Below, one piece after another: positions 23,401 to 36,161 of a stretch of DNA of 64,000 nucleotides (position 1 is its first letter; the number at the start of each line of letters is the position of its first letter). The notes beneath the pieces were generated by a model, which saw nothing but the letters and a program-made list of their open reading frames with translations, ran no database searches and had not been told where the DNA came from. The DNA lies in NCBI RefSeq assembly GCF_000143415.4, contig NW_003314298.1, forward strand, positions 496,001-560,000, given 5' to 3'. Source of the DNA: Selaginella moellendorffii. Its lineage: Eukaryota; Plantae; Lycopodiophyta. Position numbers and translations under genes: made by a program.

Positions 23401-23917
23401 TGTTGGTGCTTCACCATATAAACTTCTATATGGTCATGATCCAATATTACCAACAGAGCTGGGTTTACCTTCGCGATTGCCACGAGCTCCTGATGTTAGG
23501 TCATGGGATCAATATTTGACAAGCATTCTTCCACTTGTCCAAGCAGAGTCTGCTGAACACTTAGGCCGCGTACAAGTGGGACAACAACGGCGCTACAATT
23601 CCTATCATCGTCCACCAGCGGAGTACAAAGTGGATGATTTGGTGTTAGTCTGTTTTCCCCATCTTACGGTACGTGGTTTATCTAAGGGGCTCCTTGCGCA
23701 GTGGAAAGGACCGTATCGGGTGTTGCGGCAAGTTGGACCACAAGTTTATGAAGTTCGGCATGACGTTCAGCAGATCGATCCTCCGGAGATTGTGCATGTG
23801 CAGCGGTTAAAACGCTTCATACAAAGGGATCAGGAGCAATTAATACCGTCTACAGATCCACCGATGCCTCCTCCTGACGTTCCTCCAGATCCCGGCCCAT
23901 CTACAAGAGAACCCTGA
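20429..23917 (+). pseudogene. pol: pol (protease, RT, RNase H, integrase), with three premature stops
   Basis: LVDTGS, LDLASGYWQ, MPFGL, FIDD, DAS, EKECLA, HDSP..GH/CVWC, SDNG, ER, WKGPY. Stops at 22661, 22862 and 23264, all in one frame. Confidence 0.95.
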
Positions 23918-23932
23918 CGGCCTTCCATTATT

Positions 23933-23949
23933 CCGAGAGGAGGGGATGA
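23933..23949 (+). other. Polypurine tract
   Basis: ccgagaggaggggatga immediately before the 3' LTR. Confidence 0.85.
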
Positions 23950-24123
23950 TGTGAGGGCCAAGTGTACGGCTACGATGCCGTATACTAATATTAGCGTAGT
24001 GGATTTTGGTAGTCGTCGGATTGGTTTCAATCCGGACCACTCGCTCCTGTATATAAGCTAGGGTTTTTGGGTTAATGGATATGCACATTTCTGTATTCCC
24101 TTTCCATATTCCATACACTCACA
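23950..24123 (+). repeat. 3' LTR (174 bp)
   Basis: Direct repeat of 19115-19288. Confidence 0.96.
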
Positions 24124-24700
24124 ATTCTAGAAGCTAGTTCTATATACTAATATGAAATTTGTGATTATTTATTTGATTTCAGGTAATAATTGATACTAAT
24201 TCTATAAATAATCTTTGTAAATTGCAACACTATTTTATAGTATAATTTTAAAATTAAATATTTATTTTATTTAGTGATATTAATTATAAATTTTTATTAA
24301 TTTATAAAAATAAGAATATTCTAAATATTAATAAATAGTAATAAATATATTTATTTATAAGCAAGTAAAACAAAATCTTTTTATAAAGATTGCAAATATA
24401 CAAGTATAGCTAATGGCACTCTAACAATTTAGAAATTAGATCCAACTCATAAACTTGAAATTCCAAAAACTTTTAAAATCAAGAGTAAGAATGAATTTAA
24501 TGAGTATTTATATTTAAAACTTAGAAATATTTTCAAATTATTGTGGATTTTTATATATCAGATTTTAATTAATAATTTGTTATATATAAGATTATTTAGG
24601 ATTTTTTATATATAATATTTAAAATATAGACATATCATCATTGTTTATAAAGAAAGTTATTTTGACAGTACATGATTCACTTTAATTAATTGAATTAAAG

Positions 24701-24704
<4 letters not shown>

Positions 24705-24758
<54 letters not shown>
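24705..24758. repeat. (TA)n microsatellite
   Basis: About 27 TA units. Confidence 0.97.
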
Positions 24759-24760
<2 letters not shown>

Positions 24761-25747
24761 TATTAGAAATACAGTCTTATGCTATGAATTTTTATTTTTA
24801 TTTAATTTTCTTTCTATAATATACATATATAATATAATATTTCTTTTTCTTCTATATTTACATACTTATTTTAAAATTTAGGTCTATCATATTTTGAAAT
24901 TTTTAAAATACTTAAAATATAATTCTGTACTTTAAAATGTTAAGAAACTAAGACATGCATAAAATAGTTAAAATGATTGTAGAGTCTTTCCTTTAAATGA
25001 TAATGATTAATTTAAAACTATTAACTATATAATACATTGAGGTTTTATATTAAAAAATTCGACCAAAGTATGTTTATCATGTTTGTAACAACCTTTAAAT
25101 GACCACAAATTCCATCCATACCATTGTTCGTTTTCATATTTTGCTGAACATTCAAATACTATTACTTTATAGTATATATGATTAATAGTAAAATTTATAT
25201 TTTCTAATGCAGGATTTGGATTTTGTAATTATTTAAATTTTTGTGATAACTGATGGATAAAAAAAATCACATCTTCACCATGTTTAGCACTATAGTAGCT
25301 TAAATTACATGTCATATGTACACTTGGTTCATTAGAGTTACAGTCAAATTTAAAATTATAACAACTAGAGAAATAATCTATTATATAGAAAATTAGAATA
25401 TAAATTTTCTTATTGTATACCTAAAAAGGACCTAAATACTTATTTTATTCCTAAAAAAGGAGAAGTGCTTTGCAATGCTCATATCATTAACAAAAATTTT
25501 CATTGTAAATGAAAGAAAAACAATTTCCATCCATCCATCAATGATCACTTTTGGATTTGTACCTTTACCTTCCTGCCAAAGTTGCCAGATCAATGCAGTC
25601 AGGAAACAAAAAAGAAAAGTGTTTTTACTATTACAACTACCTGGCCACAAAATAACTTTTGTTTCTATGCTCGTTTGAAATATTTAGTACCAGTGGTTGT
25701 GGCTCTGAACCACTGTCGTAGCTATTTGAAGATCAAATGTTCTTTGA

Positions 25748-28168
25748 TCACTGTTCTTCAGGACCAAGAGCAAAGAAGTTGATCAAGCCTCTAAACACTT
25801 GTCCACCAAGTTTATTAGCAGCCAAGATTTCCCCATCAACGTTCCATACACTCTCGTCTCCATGGGCCACAAATGTAAAAAGTGGCGTCTGCGCAAGAGA
25901 GGAAGATACTTAGGCAGCAAACAAAAGAAACAAAGTGATAAACCTTGTGAAGCTCTATAAAATCCAAACCCAGGGGATTTCCTCCTCTCCTCGTCAGCTG
26001 TATCAAGTGCCTACGAAGAAACCAGAAAGTTCAAACGCATTGGAAGAAGAAAAAGCTTACTTACATAAGATAGGCTGGTCGAGAACACTGTTTTACGAGA
26101 ACCAGATGCAAAAGCCCGTCTGCAAGGTGAGCATGAGCCACCACTCCATCCGGGGCTTTGTCATTTCGACAAGACATTATCGCGGCTCCCACGCTATGGA
26201 AGAAAGCTCTTTTTGTGATCCACAGAAGCTGGCCTACATCCTCTGGCAAACTGTGTTCCTTGGCACAAACTCGACAATGGACGCAGCAAATGCTCTGCGA
26301 CACATTCGGAACATCTAGATACGACACTTCAGCTTCATACTTTCTGCATCAACAGCCAAATTGGAAATCTATGTCGTGCTTGAGATTTCTCACTACCTGT
26401 GTCGCATAAAAACTTTGGTTCCGGCGTAGTCATAACGAGAAGGTCCCATCCATCGCAAAGATTCGCTTTCTCGGGCTACATCCCCGTAAAAGCCATACCT
26501 GGAAATCAGTAGAACCAAATACATCAGCCTGATAAGAAGACGAGCTAAGCTATCAACAAACCCAGAAAACGATGCTGCGTAACGTATCACCGGAGCCTCG
26601 GGTTGTTTAGATTCTTTCCAGCCAGTCAGACGAACAATGTCCAGTGGCATGCTATCACCAAGAATGATATGAAGTGCAGCAGTCACTGGATCGCGTGTGC
26701 CTGTTGTGCTACAGCAACGAAAACTTGACGTCAACAAAACCTTGACAAATAGACAGTTACCTCACGACAATTGTGTCCGTAGAGCCAGCAGGTATAATTC
26801 CAAATCGGAGCCATGGAACTAATGGAGCAAATTTGCAAGAGTTTGACAGTGCATGTACCAAAAGAGGTTCTACAAAGACAACGATAAAACATTATTCACA
26901 CTCACGCAAAACAACATATACGAACCAGATAGAATCGAAGAACCGGTTTCCGAACAAAGACGTGACTCGTCTAACAGTGCCGCTTCTTCTTCTGCCTTAG
27001 GAGATTGAGACCTATGAGAAGTTATTAACTGCGAAATTTGATGAGCTGTAAGCACGCTGGAAGCTTGATGCCTTTTCAAGGCTAAACCATTTATGACCTC
27101 GTTAAAAATCCCATCCCCACCCTGGAAGAATAGTCAGCGACGAAAAACTGGGCATTTTCAACACTTACCACCATAACAATCCCGTCATGGCATTTTAGCT
27201 CATCGTCTGTTGCATTGTACATCATCTCATATGCATGGCCAGCTCTCTCGGTCGTCACAACCTGGTAGAAACGGCGGATTAAGCGTGAACAGTCAGAGAC
27301 AATGAAAGTAAAACCGTGCTCAGCACTTACTTATTATACCTTCGTCTTTATCCCCGCGCGACTGAAAAGCGGAGAAACCATTGCCCATTTGCTAGAAGCA
27401 ATGCCTTTGCCACCATAAGGATTGATAAGCACCTGTAACGTGAAACATCAAAAAAGACGCAAAAAGAAGCAGCGATCGTACCAGCAGATCCTTAGGCCGC
27501 TTATGGTCCTTGCTCAGCAAGTTATGCAAGCACTTAACCCATCTGTGGCAAACTTCCAGCTCCGGGTGAGCAAAATCGTAAGTTCTAGGCAGCCACTTAC
27601 TTCTGCTATTGCGTAACCTTTGGAATGAATGTATGGAGAATCGATGCATCTGCGCAAAACAAGACGTCCTGTGAGTTCACAGACAAAAGAAAGAACTTTT
27701 CCTACTCGAATCACCGGCTTCAAGAGACGATGAACTGCCGAAGCTCCCACAAATTTTCGCACGGGTCCCCATCCAAAACTCTCGACACCATAGATTTCCG
27801 AGAGAGGGAACTCATGCGGCAAGCTCGCGAGTCGAAAGCACGACAATGAAAAGGACTCCTGGATCATCATCGAATAAAGAAAACAAGCAAAGCATGAGAA
27901 GAAGAAAGAACAACGAATACAAAAAAGAATATAATACCAACTTGTCTTCCATGCTTTTGCTCTGCCACACAAGACTCCTCTCCGAGAGCGTGACGGTAAC
28001 GAGCCCGATATGATCCAAATGGAGGTCCGATTCAAGCAAAACATCCCCGCTGTCCGACGGATTCTCCACAACCCGGTCCTGGAGAATGCTCTCTTGAATG
28101 CTGTGATACCTCTGGACCTCCATGGGCGTCAATTCCACCAGCGAGTTCCAGGCGCCCGCAAGATTCAT
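25748..28168 (-). CDS. CERK: Ceramide kinase (ACD5/CERK-like), multi-exon
   Basis: INPYGGKG, GGDGIFNEV, GIIPAGSTD, RDPVTAALHIILG, YGFYGDVARESESLRWMGPSRY, SCRNDKAPDG, WNVDGE. Start codon inferred. Confidence 0.93.
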
Positions 28169-28588
28169 CCCTGGAATCGATCCATTCCTTGCTCGATCGC
28201 CGGCGCTAGCGCGCAATCCATACCTCACCTGGAATCGATCGATCGCCAGACCTAGCGCGCAATCCACTCTTCCCTCTCTCTTGCCCTAGATCGCGAAAAA
28301 GAGAAGAGCTTCCCTTTTTTTAATTTCTTGGAGGAAATTACGAGGAACTATGAATGGTTAACGAGGCAAAACGGGTGCCGACCACCTGGAATGAGCCTCT
28401 ACCGTACGATGGCTACCGTACCGGCGGCGCTGATTCCACGAGCCGGGAGCCTTTTAGGGCGAGCAGCACGACGAGCCCCTAGGCGTCAGTGATCCCTTTG
28501 ATTTCTCTCCTCCTCCTTGGATCCTTTTCTCCGCCCTCTCCACTCCATCCCTCGAAGAATCCAGCCCCCGCCCCGGCGCTCTCCTCCG

Positions 28589-30665
28589 ATGTTTCGATCG
28601 GCCGTCAAGGCCTTGGCAGATCGGCGCGGGGGCAGCGCCGCCGTGAGCAGCAGCTCCTTGTGCTCCAATGCCTCGATCGCATTCGCCACCCCGGGCAATC
28701 TCTCCAGGTACCTCCTCCCCACGATATTTCGCGATTCCTTCTCCTCGGCGGCGCTCCCGGCGGTGGATCTCGACGCGACCCCGATCGACAGAGCGCCGGA
28801 GCACGACGCCAAATCCAAGGGCGGCGGCGCCGCCTCCAGCTCCGCCAAAAGGCCCGCCTTCACGGAGCTTGTGGCGACCAAGAAGGGCCAAAAGCCGCGA
28901 GTGGTGGTGCTGGGCACGGGCTGGGCGGCGTGCCGTCTACTCAAGGATCTCAACACCGACGTCTACGACGTGGTTTGCATCTCGCCCAGGAACCATATGG
29001 TTTTCACGCCGCTCCTGGCATCGACATGCGTCGGGACGCTGGAATTTCGATCGGTCTCGGAGCCCGTTCGAAGCATCCAGCCGGCGCTCTCCAGGTCCCC
29101 GGATTCCTACTACTTCCACGCCTACTGCACCAGCATAGATCCCATGAACCACGCGGTAAGAACAGCTCAAAGAGATGACAAACTTTGTGTTGTCATCGAT
29201 CGATCAAATCTCTTCTTTGGATCTTTGGTGGAAGTTCCAACGTTTCGTTTGTCTCCTACGCAGGTATACTGCGAAGCTCTGGATGACGAAGGCGTGACCG
29301 AAGGGAACTGGAAGTTTAAAGTTTGCTACGACAAGCTGGTGATCGCGTCCGGGGCCGAGCCTTCCACTTTTGGGATCAAGGGCGTGAACGAGTACGCCAC
29401 TTTTCTGCGAGAAGTTCCTCATGCCAGAGACATCCGCCGGCGTCTTCTTCTCAATCTGATGCTCTCTGATATTCCTGGTATGGCTAGCTTTTCGTTTTCT
29501 TCTGCTTCTTTCGACATGCCAACCTGGTTTTCTCGCAGGTGTTCCGATCGAAGAGAAAGAGAGGCTTTTGCATTGTGTTGTTGTTGGCGGCGGTCCTACG
29601 GGCGTTGAGTTCAGCGGTGAGCTGAGCGATTTCATTAGACGCGACGTGCACGAGAAGTATTCCCATGTCAAGGAATACGTTCATGTCACTCTCATTGAGG
29701 TATGGAGCTTTTCCTCGGTTTGTGGTCACGGTTTTTAAATGGTACTTCATATCATGCAGGCGAATGAGATCCTGTCGTCATTCGATGTTCGATTGAGGCA
29801 ATATGCCGTGAATCATTTAAGCAAGGTGTGTAGTCATCTCTCTTTTCACTTCTGAGCTGCTTGGTCGTGCAGTCCGGCGTAAAACTTCTCAGAGGAGTTG
29901 TGAAGGAAGTATTCGCCGACAGGCTGATTCTCAACGATGGGTCAACAGTCCCATATGGTGTACTAGTGTGGTCGACCGGGGTTGGGCCTTCAAATTTCGT
30001 GAAGAAGCTCGAGTTTGAGAAATCTCCTGGTGGAAGGTGAGTGGTGATCCTGCTCTTCGTAGCTCTCTTTTTATGACGGTTTTGATGATCCCAGAATTGG
30101 AGTTGACGAGTATATGCGAGTTCCTCAGTTCGAGGACATCTACGCCATTGGAGATTGTGCTGGGTATCTCAAGTCGACAGGAAAGCCCATCCTCCCTGCT
30201 CTAGCTCAAGTAAGCTGGCCTACTGTTTTTTCTTTCTTCTTTTTCTCTAAAGCGCTGTGTGTGTCTACTGCAGGTTGCTGAAAGACAAGGGAAGTACTTG
30301 GGTGCCGCGTTGAATTCCTTGGCACTGGCTGGTGGTGGCCGAGCAGGGGCGGCTAAAACCACCAAGCTTGGCGAGCCTTTCGTGTACAGACATCTTGGGA
30401 GTATGGCGAGTGTGGGTCGATACAAAGCGCTGGTTGATTTGCGTGAGAATAAGGTGAGAAGAGCTTTGATCTTTAATAGTTGAGGTAACAAATGATGTTT
30501 TCTGATTGATAGGATGCTAAAGGGCTTTCTTGGGCTGGTATTTTGAGTTGGTTGGTGTGGAGATCAGCATACTTAACTCGAGTTGTAAGTTGGAGAAATC
30601 GTTTTTACGTTGCTGTCAACTGGGCAACAACATTTGTGTTTGGACGAGACATTTCAAGATTTTAA
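28589..30665 (+). CDS. NDA: Internal alternative NAD(P)H:ubiquinone oxidoreductase, NDA type, multi-exon
   Basis: [63 protein letters not shown], ending GRDISRF*. No EF-hand insert. Confidence 0.95.
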
Positions 30666-32204
30666 GGGTCTTTTTTAATTTTTTAATTTTTTAATTTTTG
30701 TAGTTTAGGGAGTAGTTTGTAACGTAACTTTTATTCTTTTTTAAATAAAATAAAACATATTTAAAGTTTTATGCCATTTCTTTAATTTTAGATATTTACA
30801 TTATTATTAATAATTCTTAAGTTGGTTATAAAAACTTTCTCATACCTTTTGTAAACACCATCATAGAAATTATATATCATGAGAATTTTATATTTGTTTT
30901 TGTTGTAATAAATCTTTATGCTCTTTATGTTTGTTGCATTTCTTTGTGTTATAGATAAAAATTTATGTGCTTATTTTTTTTATTTTTTTTATTATATTCT
31001 TTTTAGTAGAAACTTTTATATAATTTTATTTCAATGTTCAAAAATAATATAAAATAAACTAACCAAGTGAAAGTCCATGTAAAAGGGCTAATGAATTTTA
31101 CAAGACTTCACAAATAACATATTGTTACAATATTTATTTTTATTAATATAGTGTTTGACTCATATAAAAATATGTTAGATTCACTTTTTTAGTACTCATA
31201 TCACATGAAATCTTTTTGTAATTTTGGACTATTATAACTATAATAAGTAGTTCAAATATAATGAGTTTAAATTAATGATGTTAGTAATTTACAAAATATA
31301 CAACTTATTTAAGATATATATTTTTTCTAAAAATAGTAAAAATGAACTCTTTCACTTTAATACTTTACTTTAACCAAATTATATATTTCTGTATAACTTT
31401 TATTCAAAAAAATAAATAAATTAGGTTTGGGATTTATTTAGTGAGGAAGTAAAATTATATAAGTTATTTATCTACGTATTTAGGAATAAATTTCTATTAA
31501 AATTTTGGTAAAAGCCATATGAATAGCTTTAAGATTATAGTAGTCTTATATAAATTAAATAAGCATGAATGTAAATTATACATCACATTATTTTATTAGA
31601 AATGTATTAAATATATTATCTTTCCCAAGTAATTTTATATTTTATATTTAATTTTAAGTAATATTCTCTATCAAATATACAATATTGCAATTTTTTATTG
31701 ATAATATAAAAGAAATAAAACATACTTTTATTGGAATAAGATTTAGATTTTTATCAATTTCTTTCTTATTTCTAGATTGATGCCAAAAAGTATATATATC
31801 AGAAAAAGTTTACAAATATTTTTATTTATATTGATATTATCCACTTTACATTTTATAAAAAAATCAAAAATAATTTATATAATTAATTTTAACATATATA
31901 TTGTGAAGAGCTTTGGAATGTTGATATCATATGCTTTCTTCATAATCTTTGAAAATTTATAGAATCCAACTTCATATCTTAAAGTTATGCTATGTTTAAT
32001 TAAATATTTGAATTATATATTATATCTTTTAAATTAAATTTTATCTATATAACTTATCATAGGTTTGCGAAAAGAAAAAACTAAAGAACACTTATATGAA
32101 GAAATTCATCATCTACTCAAACTGCCCCAGAAAAAAAAAAGAAAAAAAGAGTGTAGTGACAAATATCCAAGCACTCCGTACTCATCAATCTCTCATCTGA
32201 AAAA

Positions 32205-32620
32205 GCAAAACCTCTAAAACTCCATCTCAAGCTTGCTTTCAACACCTCTGGTGGCCTTCAGGAGATGCACATGCTCCTGGAGTGTGATGATATGTTTGTT
32301 TTCGTCCATGGATCTGCCTGAGAACAGATTTGAGCCTCCGAAGGAACAGCGAAGAACATGGTTACTACCACAGGAGTAGTGGTAACTTTAAAACACACCT
32401 CACAGGTATGAAAGCTGCATCCAGTGTATATGCTCCGAGGCGATCGCCACATATGCATTCTCCTCCTGTATGCGCTCCTGGAAACACATCGTACACAAGT
32501 TCGTGTACTTCCACAAGAAACTCACCTTGTGAAAATGAAACAGAACTTCTTCCTCGCTTTCAGGAACTACTAGCATCGCACGAATGCTGGTAAATGGGCT
32601 TAAAGCTTATGCATGGGATA
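32205..32620 (-). other. Unidentified spliced gene fragment
   Basis: Clean GT-AG junctions join MLVVPESEEEVLFHFHK|ERIQEENAYVAIASEHIHWMQLSYL|QIHGRKQTYHHTPGAC. No family recognised. Confidence 0.4.
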
Positions 32621-32773
32621 ACTTTTGCACTGGCACACCCGACAGTATAAATCCATCTCGTGAACCAGCACCACCATGCTATTAAGCCTCGTGTATAAGA
32701 ACACCTCAAATTCCAAGGACATACTGGACGAGATGACGCGATTCAAATAGTTCTCGGCCTAGAACCCATGAGT

Positions 32774-32774
<1 letters not shown>

Positions 32775-32844
<70 letters not shown>
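32775..32844. repeat. (GA)n microsatellite
   Basis: About 35 AG units. Confidence 0.97.
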
Positions 32845-32845
<1 letters not shown>

Positions 32846-33196
32846 ATATATCTAATCCTTAAGATTGAAAATCTTACTCGGAGACATGCCTTCTCGATCA
32901 ATCCTTGTGAACGAAAGAGCCATTAGAACTTCTTGCGTGGAAGTGCGTCATTGTATACATAAAAAACGAAACGCCACTCTCTAAAAAGCACTTAGACGAT
33001 TCTATCAGCGTAATGTATGAACGATTGGTGGCTGGACGTAAAAAACTGGACAATGCGCCTGGGCAATCTCAGACAGGCTTGCCAGTGCGGGCTAAGCAGC
33101 GGGTCGAATGGGCCTTCTACAGCTACTTAAAAGGGCAAAGATGGTGGTGAATATATTTCGCTAGGATGCGCTAGTATACGCTCTGTACAATATAGT

Positions 33197-34237
33197 TTAT
33201 TCCAATTTTCTCCACAGAAACGCAGCTTCGTCTGGACGACAACACCGGTAATGTGCTGTATGTATCCACGAAGGCCAGACCAAATATTTTCCAGCCTGTG
33301 CGGACAATTCAAGCCCTTGGGGTTGTTGCTTGCTGGCTACCACAACGTGTGTCACCGTATCATCTATATCGACTACGCATTCAGCTCCCAACTCCTGGCA
33401 AGAATCCCACAACAGCTCATGAGCTGCTTGGCTTTTGGCGCATATCACGATCTTGCAACCCGAGAGTGCATGCCCTTTGACCTCTCTCATTGTTTGTCGA
33501 ACATCCCCCGCAAAGCATCCAGATTCTTGGAAGAACTCGCTGTGAATCCTCTTCAGCCCCTCCAAGAGTTTTGCGAGCGTGGCCTTCGTCGCCACCTCAT
33601 CCTTCTTCTTGCTTGTCAAGCTAGAGCTTTCACGTAGGCCAAACAAACCGGTGCTTGATCGAAAGAAAAGGTATCGATCGTAGACAGGGATCAAGTTCTT
33701 GTGATGCTTCTTGGGCCAAACACAATCGCTATCATCCACGATCAGCGTGATCGATTCATCCCCCGGTACAGTATCCAAGTCTTTCATCGCCTTCATACAG
33801 TTGTGATCCCTGGAGAAAATATGGCCCTTGAACAAGCTTCCAGTCGGATCCAACAGCTTAGCCATGGTCTCGGCATAGATCTCACGCCCATTGGTGTATA
33901 TGTGCAAATCAAAGAATTTGCTAGCTTCCTCAAGAAACTTAAAGGCGAATGGCCGAATCTTGGTCCATACCTGCAGGCTCTCTACCTTGTGAAGGAGCTT
34001 CCTTCTCTTGGGTGCTTTCTCTTGCCAATCATAGATTTTCTCGAGATACAAGCGTTCTTCCTCATCGACCTTTGAGAACGAAGCGGAATTGAGCAGTGTG
34101 TGATCCAGATCTAACACAAGGATTAGTTTTTGCTGCTGTAGAACCTTCTGGGTGTACTCTTTCCGCAGCTGTGCATCGAAATCTTCTTCTTCTTCTCCGC
34201 CTTCAAACTCGCTCCTCCCTCTCTTCCTTGACGCCAT
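33197..34237 (-). CDS. RNA polymerase II CTD phosphatase-like (CPL4/FCP1 type with BRCT), intronless
   Basis: KLILVLDLDHTLLNS, TKIRPF, KLLDPTG, KDLD, IVDD, and a C-terminal BRCT (LGAECVVDIDDTVTHVV..VWPSWI). First ATG at 34237. Confidence 0.93.
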   Translation of the reverse strand: MASRKRGRSEFEGGEEEEDFDAQLRKEYTQKVLQQQKLILVLDLDHTLLNSASFSKVDEEERLYLEKIYDWQEKAPKRRKLLHKVESLQVWTKIRPFAFKFLEEASKFFDLHIYTNGREIYAETMAKLLDPTGSLFKGHIFSRDHNCMKAMKDLDTVPGDESITLIVDDSDCVWPKKHHKNLIPVYDRYLFFRSSTGLFGLRESSSLTSKKKDEVATKATLAKLLEGLKRIHSEFFQESGCFAGDVRQTMREVKGHALSGCKIVICAKSQAAHELLWDSCQELGAECVVDIDDTVTHVVVASKQQPQGLELSAQAGKYLVWPSWIHTAHYRCCRPDEAAFLWRKLE

Positions 34238-34327
34238 GTCGAGAAAACCTAAATCACCCTTTTGGCTCGTCACTTATATAGTGAAGGATAGAGAACGAAT
34301 ATTCCTGCCTGTGAAGAACCCTAATTT

Positions 34328-35507
34328 ATGGCGTCTAGCTCTACCGCCAACGACAGCGAGGACGAAGAGATTTGTGGTGAGCATTCATTTCCATTCCATG
34401 GCGCTTGTTCTTGAGGATCTCGTGATTTTCAGACACGATGGTTGCCATTCAGCTGATGCTCGCGCAATTCCCAAAGCTAGAACAGGTAACTTTTCTTTGT
34501 TCTTTCTCCCAATTGGAGTTTCTCTTTGGTGCTTGCTCTGTAAGTGGAACTTGCGGCCATTTGTGCTGCGTACGCAGCTCTACAGTAGTGTCAAGGACCG
34601 AACTACAGTGGATAAAGAACTGGAGGTACTCTTGGAAATCTTTTACTAGTTTTTGTCACTCTCCTCTTTTTTTCTGCTGGATCCAGGCATTGAAGCAGCA
34701 GCAAGTGGTCCGAATGTTCAAGCTCAATTCGGGGCGAGATGATTTTGCAGTGATGCTGCTGGAGGATTATGTCTCTCAGGTTGTAGGTAATCACTTCTCT
34801 CATCTCTGCATGGAATGGGTGGCTAGTTCTCAAGTTCTTTTCTATTTCTTCTTCTTGCACAGATCGATGCTGCTAAGCAGAGAATGGAAAGCAAGCATTC
34901 TTCTGATACAACCATCGTTTTCGACTGGTTTCAAAACTACGTTCTTGGATCGAGCCCGGATTTGTCAATCTCAAACTCCCACCTGGTATGAAACCTTTGT
35001 TTTCTCATTCTCGTTTTCACAGCTAGTTTATCTCAGGTTTCTCTCCTCTCGCGAGGTGGGAAAACAACTGATAAGCAAATCTCCGTGCTCATCAATGCTG
35101 GATTTCTGGTGCGTGCTCTTTACAATCTGTTTTTCTCTCGATGAAAAGTTTGGTGTCATTCAAAACAGGTGAGACAAATGTCCGATTCAGAAGACTATTG
35201 GTTTTCCATACCTGGAATTGGATGGGCGATGAAGAACTTGACACAGGTATAGTCTCTATAACGTTTTGAAAACTTCTTTTTGGTTCTTCTCTTAACAATC
35301 TTTGTGTTTTCCCAGGGAAGGAAAGAGGTGACTCAATTGCTGCGCAAGCGGCAGTCCAAAGAGGCCTTGCTATCAGTCTTGGAGAAGCGGAAGCTTCGAA
35401 GCTCAAGCCTGGGAATGCGGTTTCACTTGAGAGATTTACTGGGTTCCAGCGTCCTGGTATCTGTGGAGACAACCTCTGGAGCTCTCATTCGTCTTGCAAA
35501 GCGATAA
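34328..35507 (+). CDS. STK19: STK19-like winged-helix protein, multi-exon
   Basis: DTMVAIQLMLAQFPK, PFVLRTQLYSSVKDRTTVDKELE, FKLNSGRDD, LINAGFL, YWFSIPGIG, GRKE, SSLGMRFHLRDLLGS. Confidence 0.88.
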
Positions 35508-35515
35508 AAACCAAA

Positions 35516-35590
35516 CTTTGCGAGCTCAAAACCAGTCTTTGCGAGCTCAAGAACCGATCTTTGCGAGCTCAAAAACCAATCTTTTGCAAG
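35516..35590. repeat. Short tandem repeat (about 21-22 bp x 3.5) just after the STK19 stop
   Basis: ctttgcgagctcaaaacc repeated. Confidence 0.85.
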
Positions 35591-36161
35591 CGTTGGCACC
35601 ATTTCCAACCAAAAGTTTAGTTTTTTACAGAGCAATGCGCTGCATTGCAAATGTTTCTATGCATTTAATGGCGGTGGGTCGCCAAAGAAACAAAGCTTTT
35701 CATTCCCTGACCTCGGCAAAAATCAGTTATTTTTCACACCAAACTTCCTCCTTTTCTTCTTTCCTTCTTTCTTCTCCGTGCCTTCTTTCTTTCTCCTTGG
35801 TTTGTTTACAAGGGCGATTGCTGCGCTGCGAAGCCGTCCACTTTGTCTCGTTGCCTTTAATTCAGTCATCGTCTGCTTGTGCTACGCCGTCACGCCCAGT
35901 TGTTACTCACTCTCCATCGCCAAGCTTTTTCTCCACTGGTCTCTCGTCTTTAAACTCGTTTCAGAGTCTCCCTGTCACAGCTGCGCTGCTCGTTTTCTCT
36001 CCCCCTCCACCGATCAAGCTCTCTCCTCCTCTTTCCTCCTCTTCGATTCCTTCCTTTCATGCCGAGAGCTTGAATGCCTCCACCACCACCGTGCTGCGCT
36101 CCTCCACACAACCTGGTATGCAGCACATTTGCATTTAAAGTCAGTCAGCCGAGCGAGTAAG

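Larger units (their letters stand above)
19115..24123 (+). mobile_element. Full-length Ty3/gypsy LTR retrotransposon (no chromodomain), 5009 bp, inactivated by nonsense codons
   Basis: TG..CA LTRs, PBS, PPT, gag with CCHC knuckle, PR-RT-RNaseH-IN order, flanking ATTC duplication. Confidence 0.97.

Noticed and set aside
35494-36160. Long Ser/Leu-rich ORFs upstream of ABCG
   Set aside because: Pyrimidine-rich promoter/5'UTR that is open by chance.
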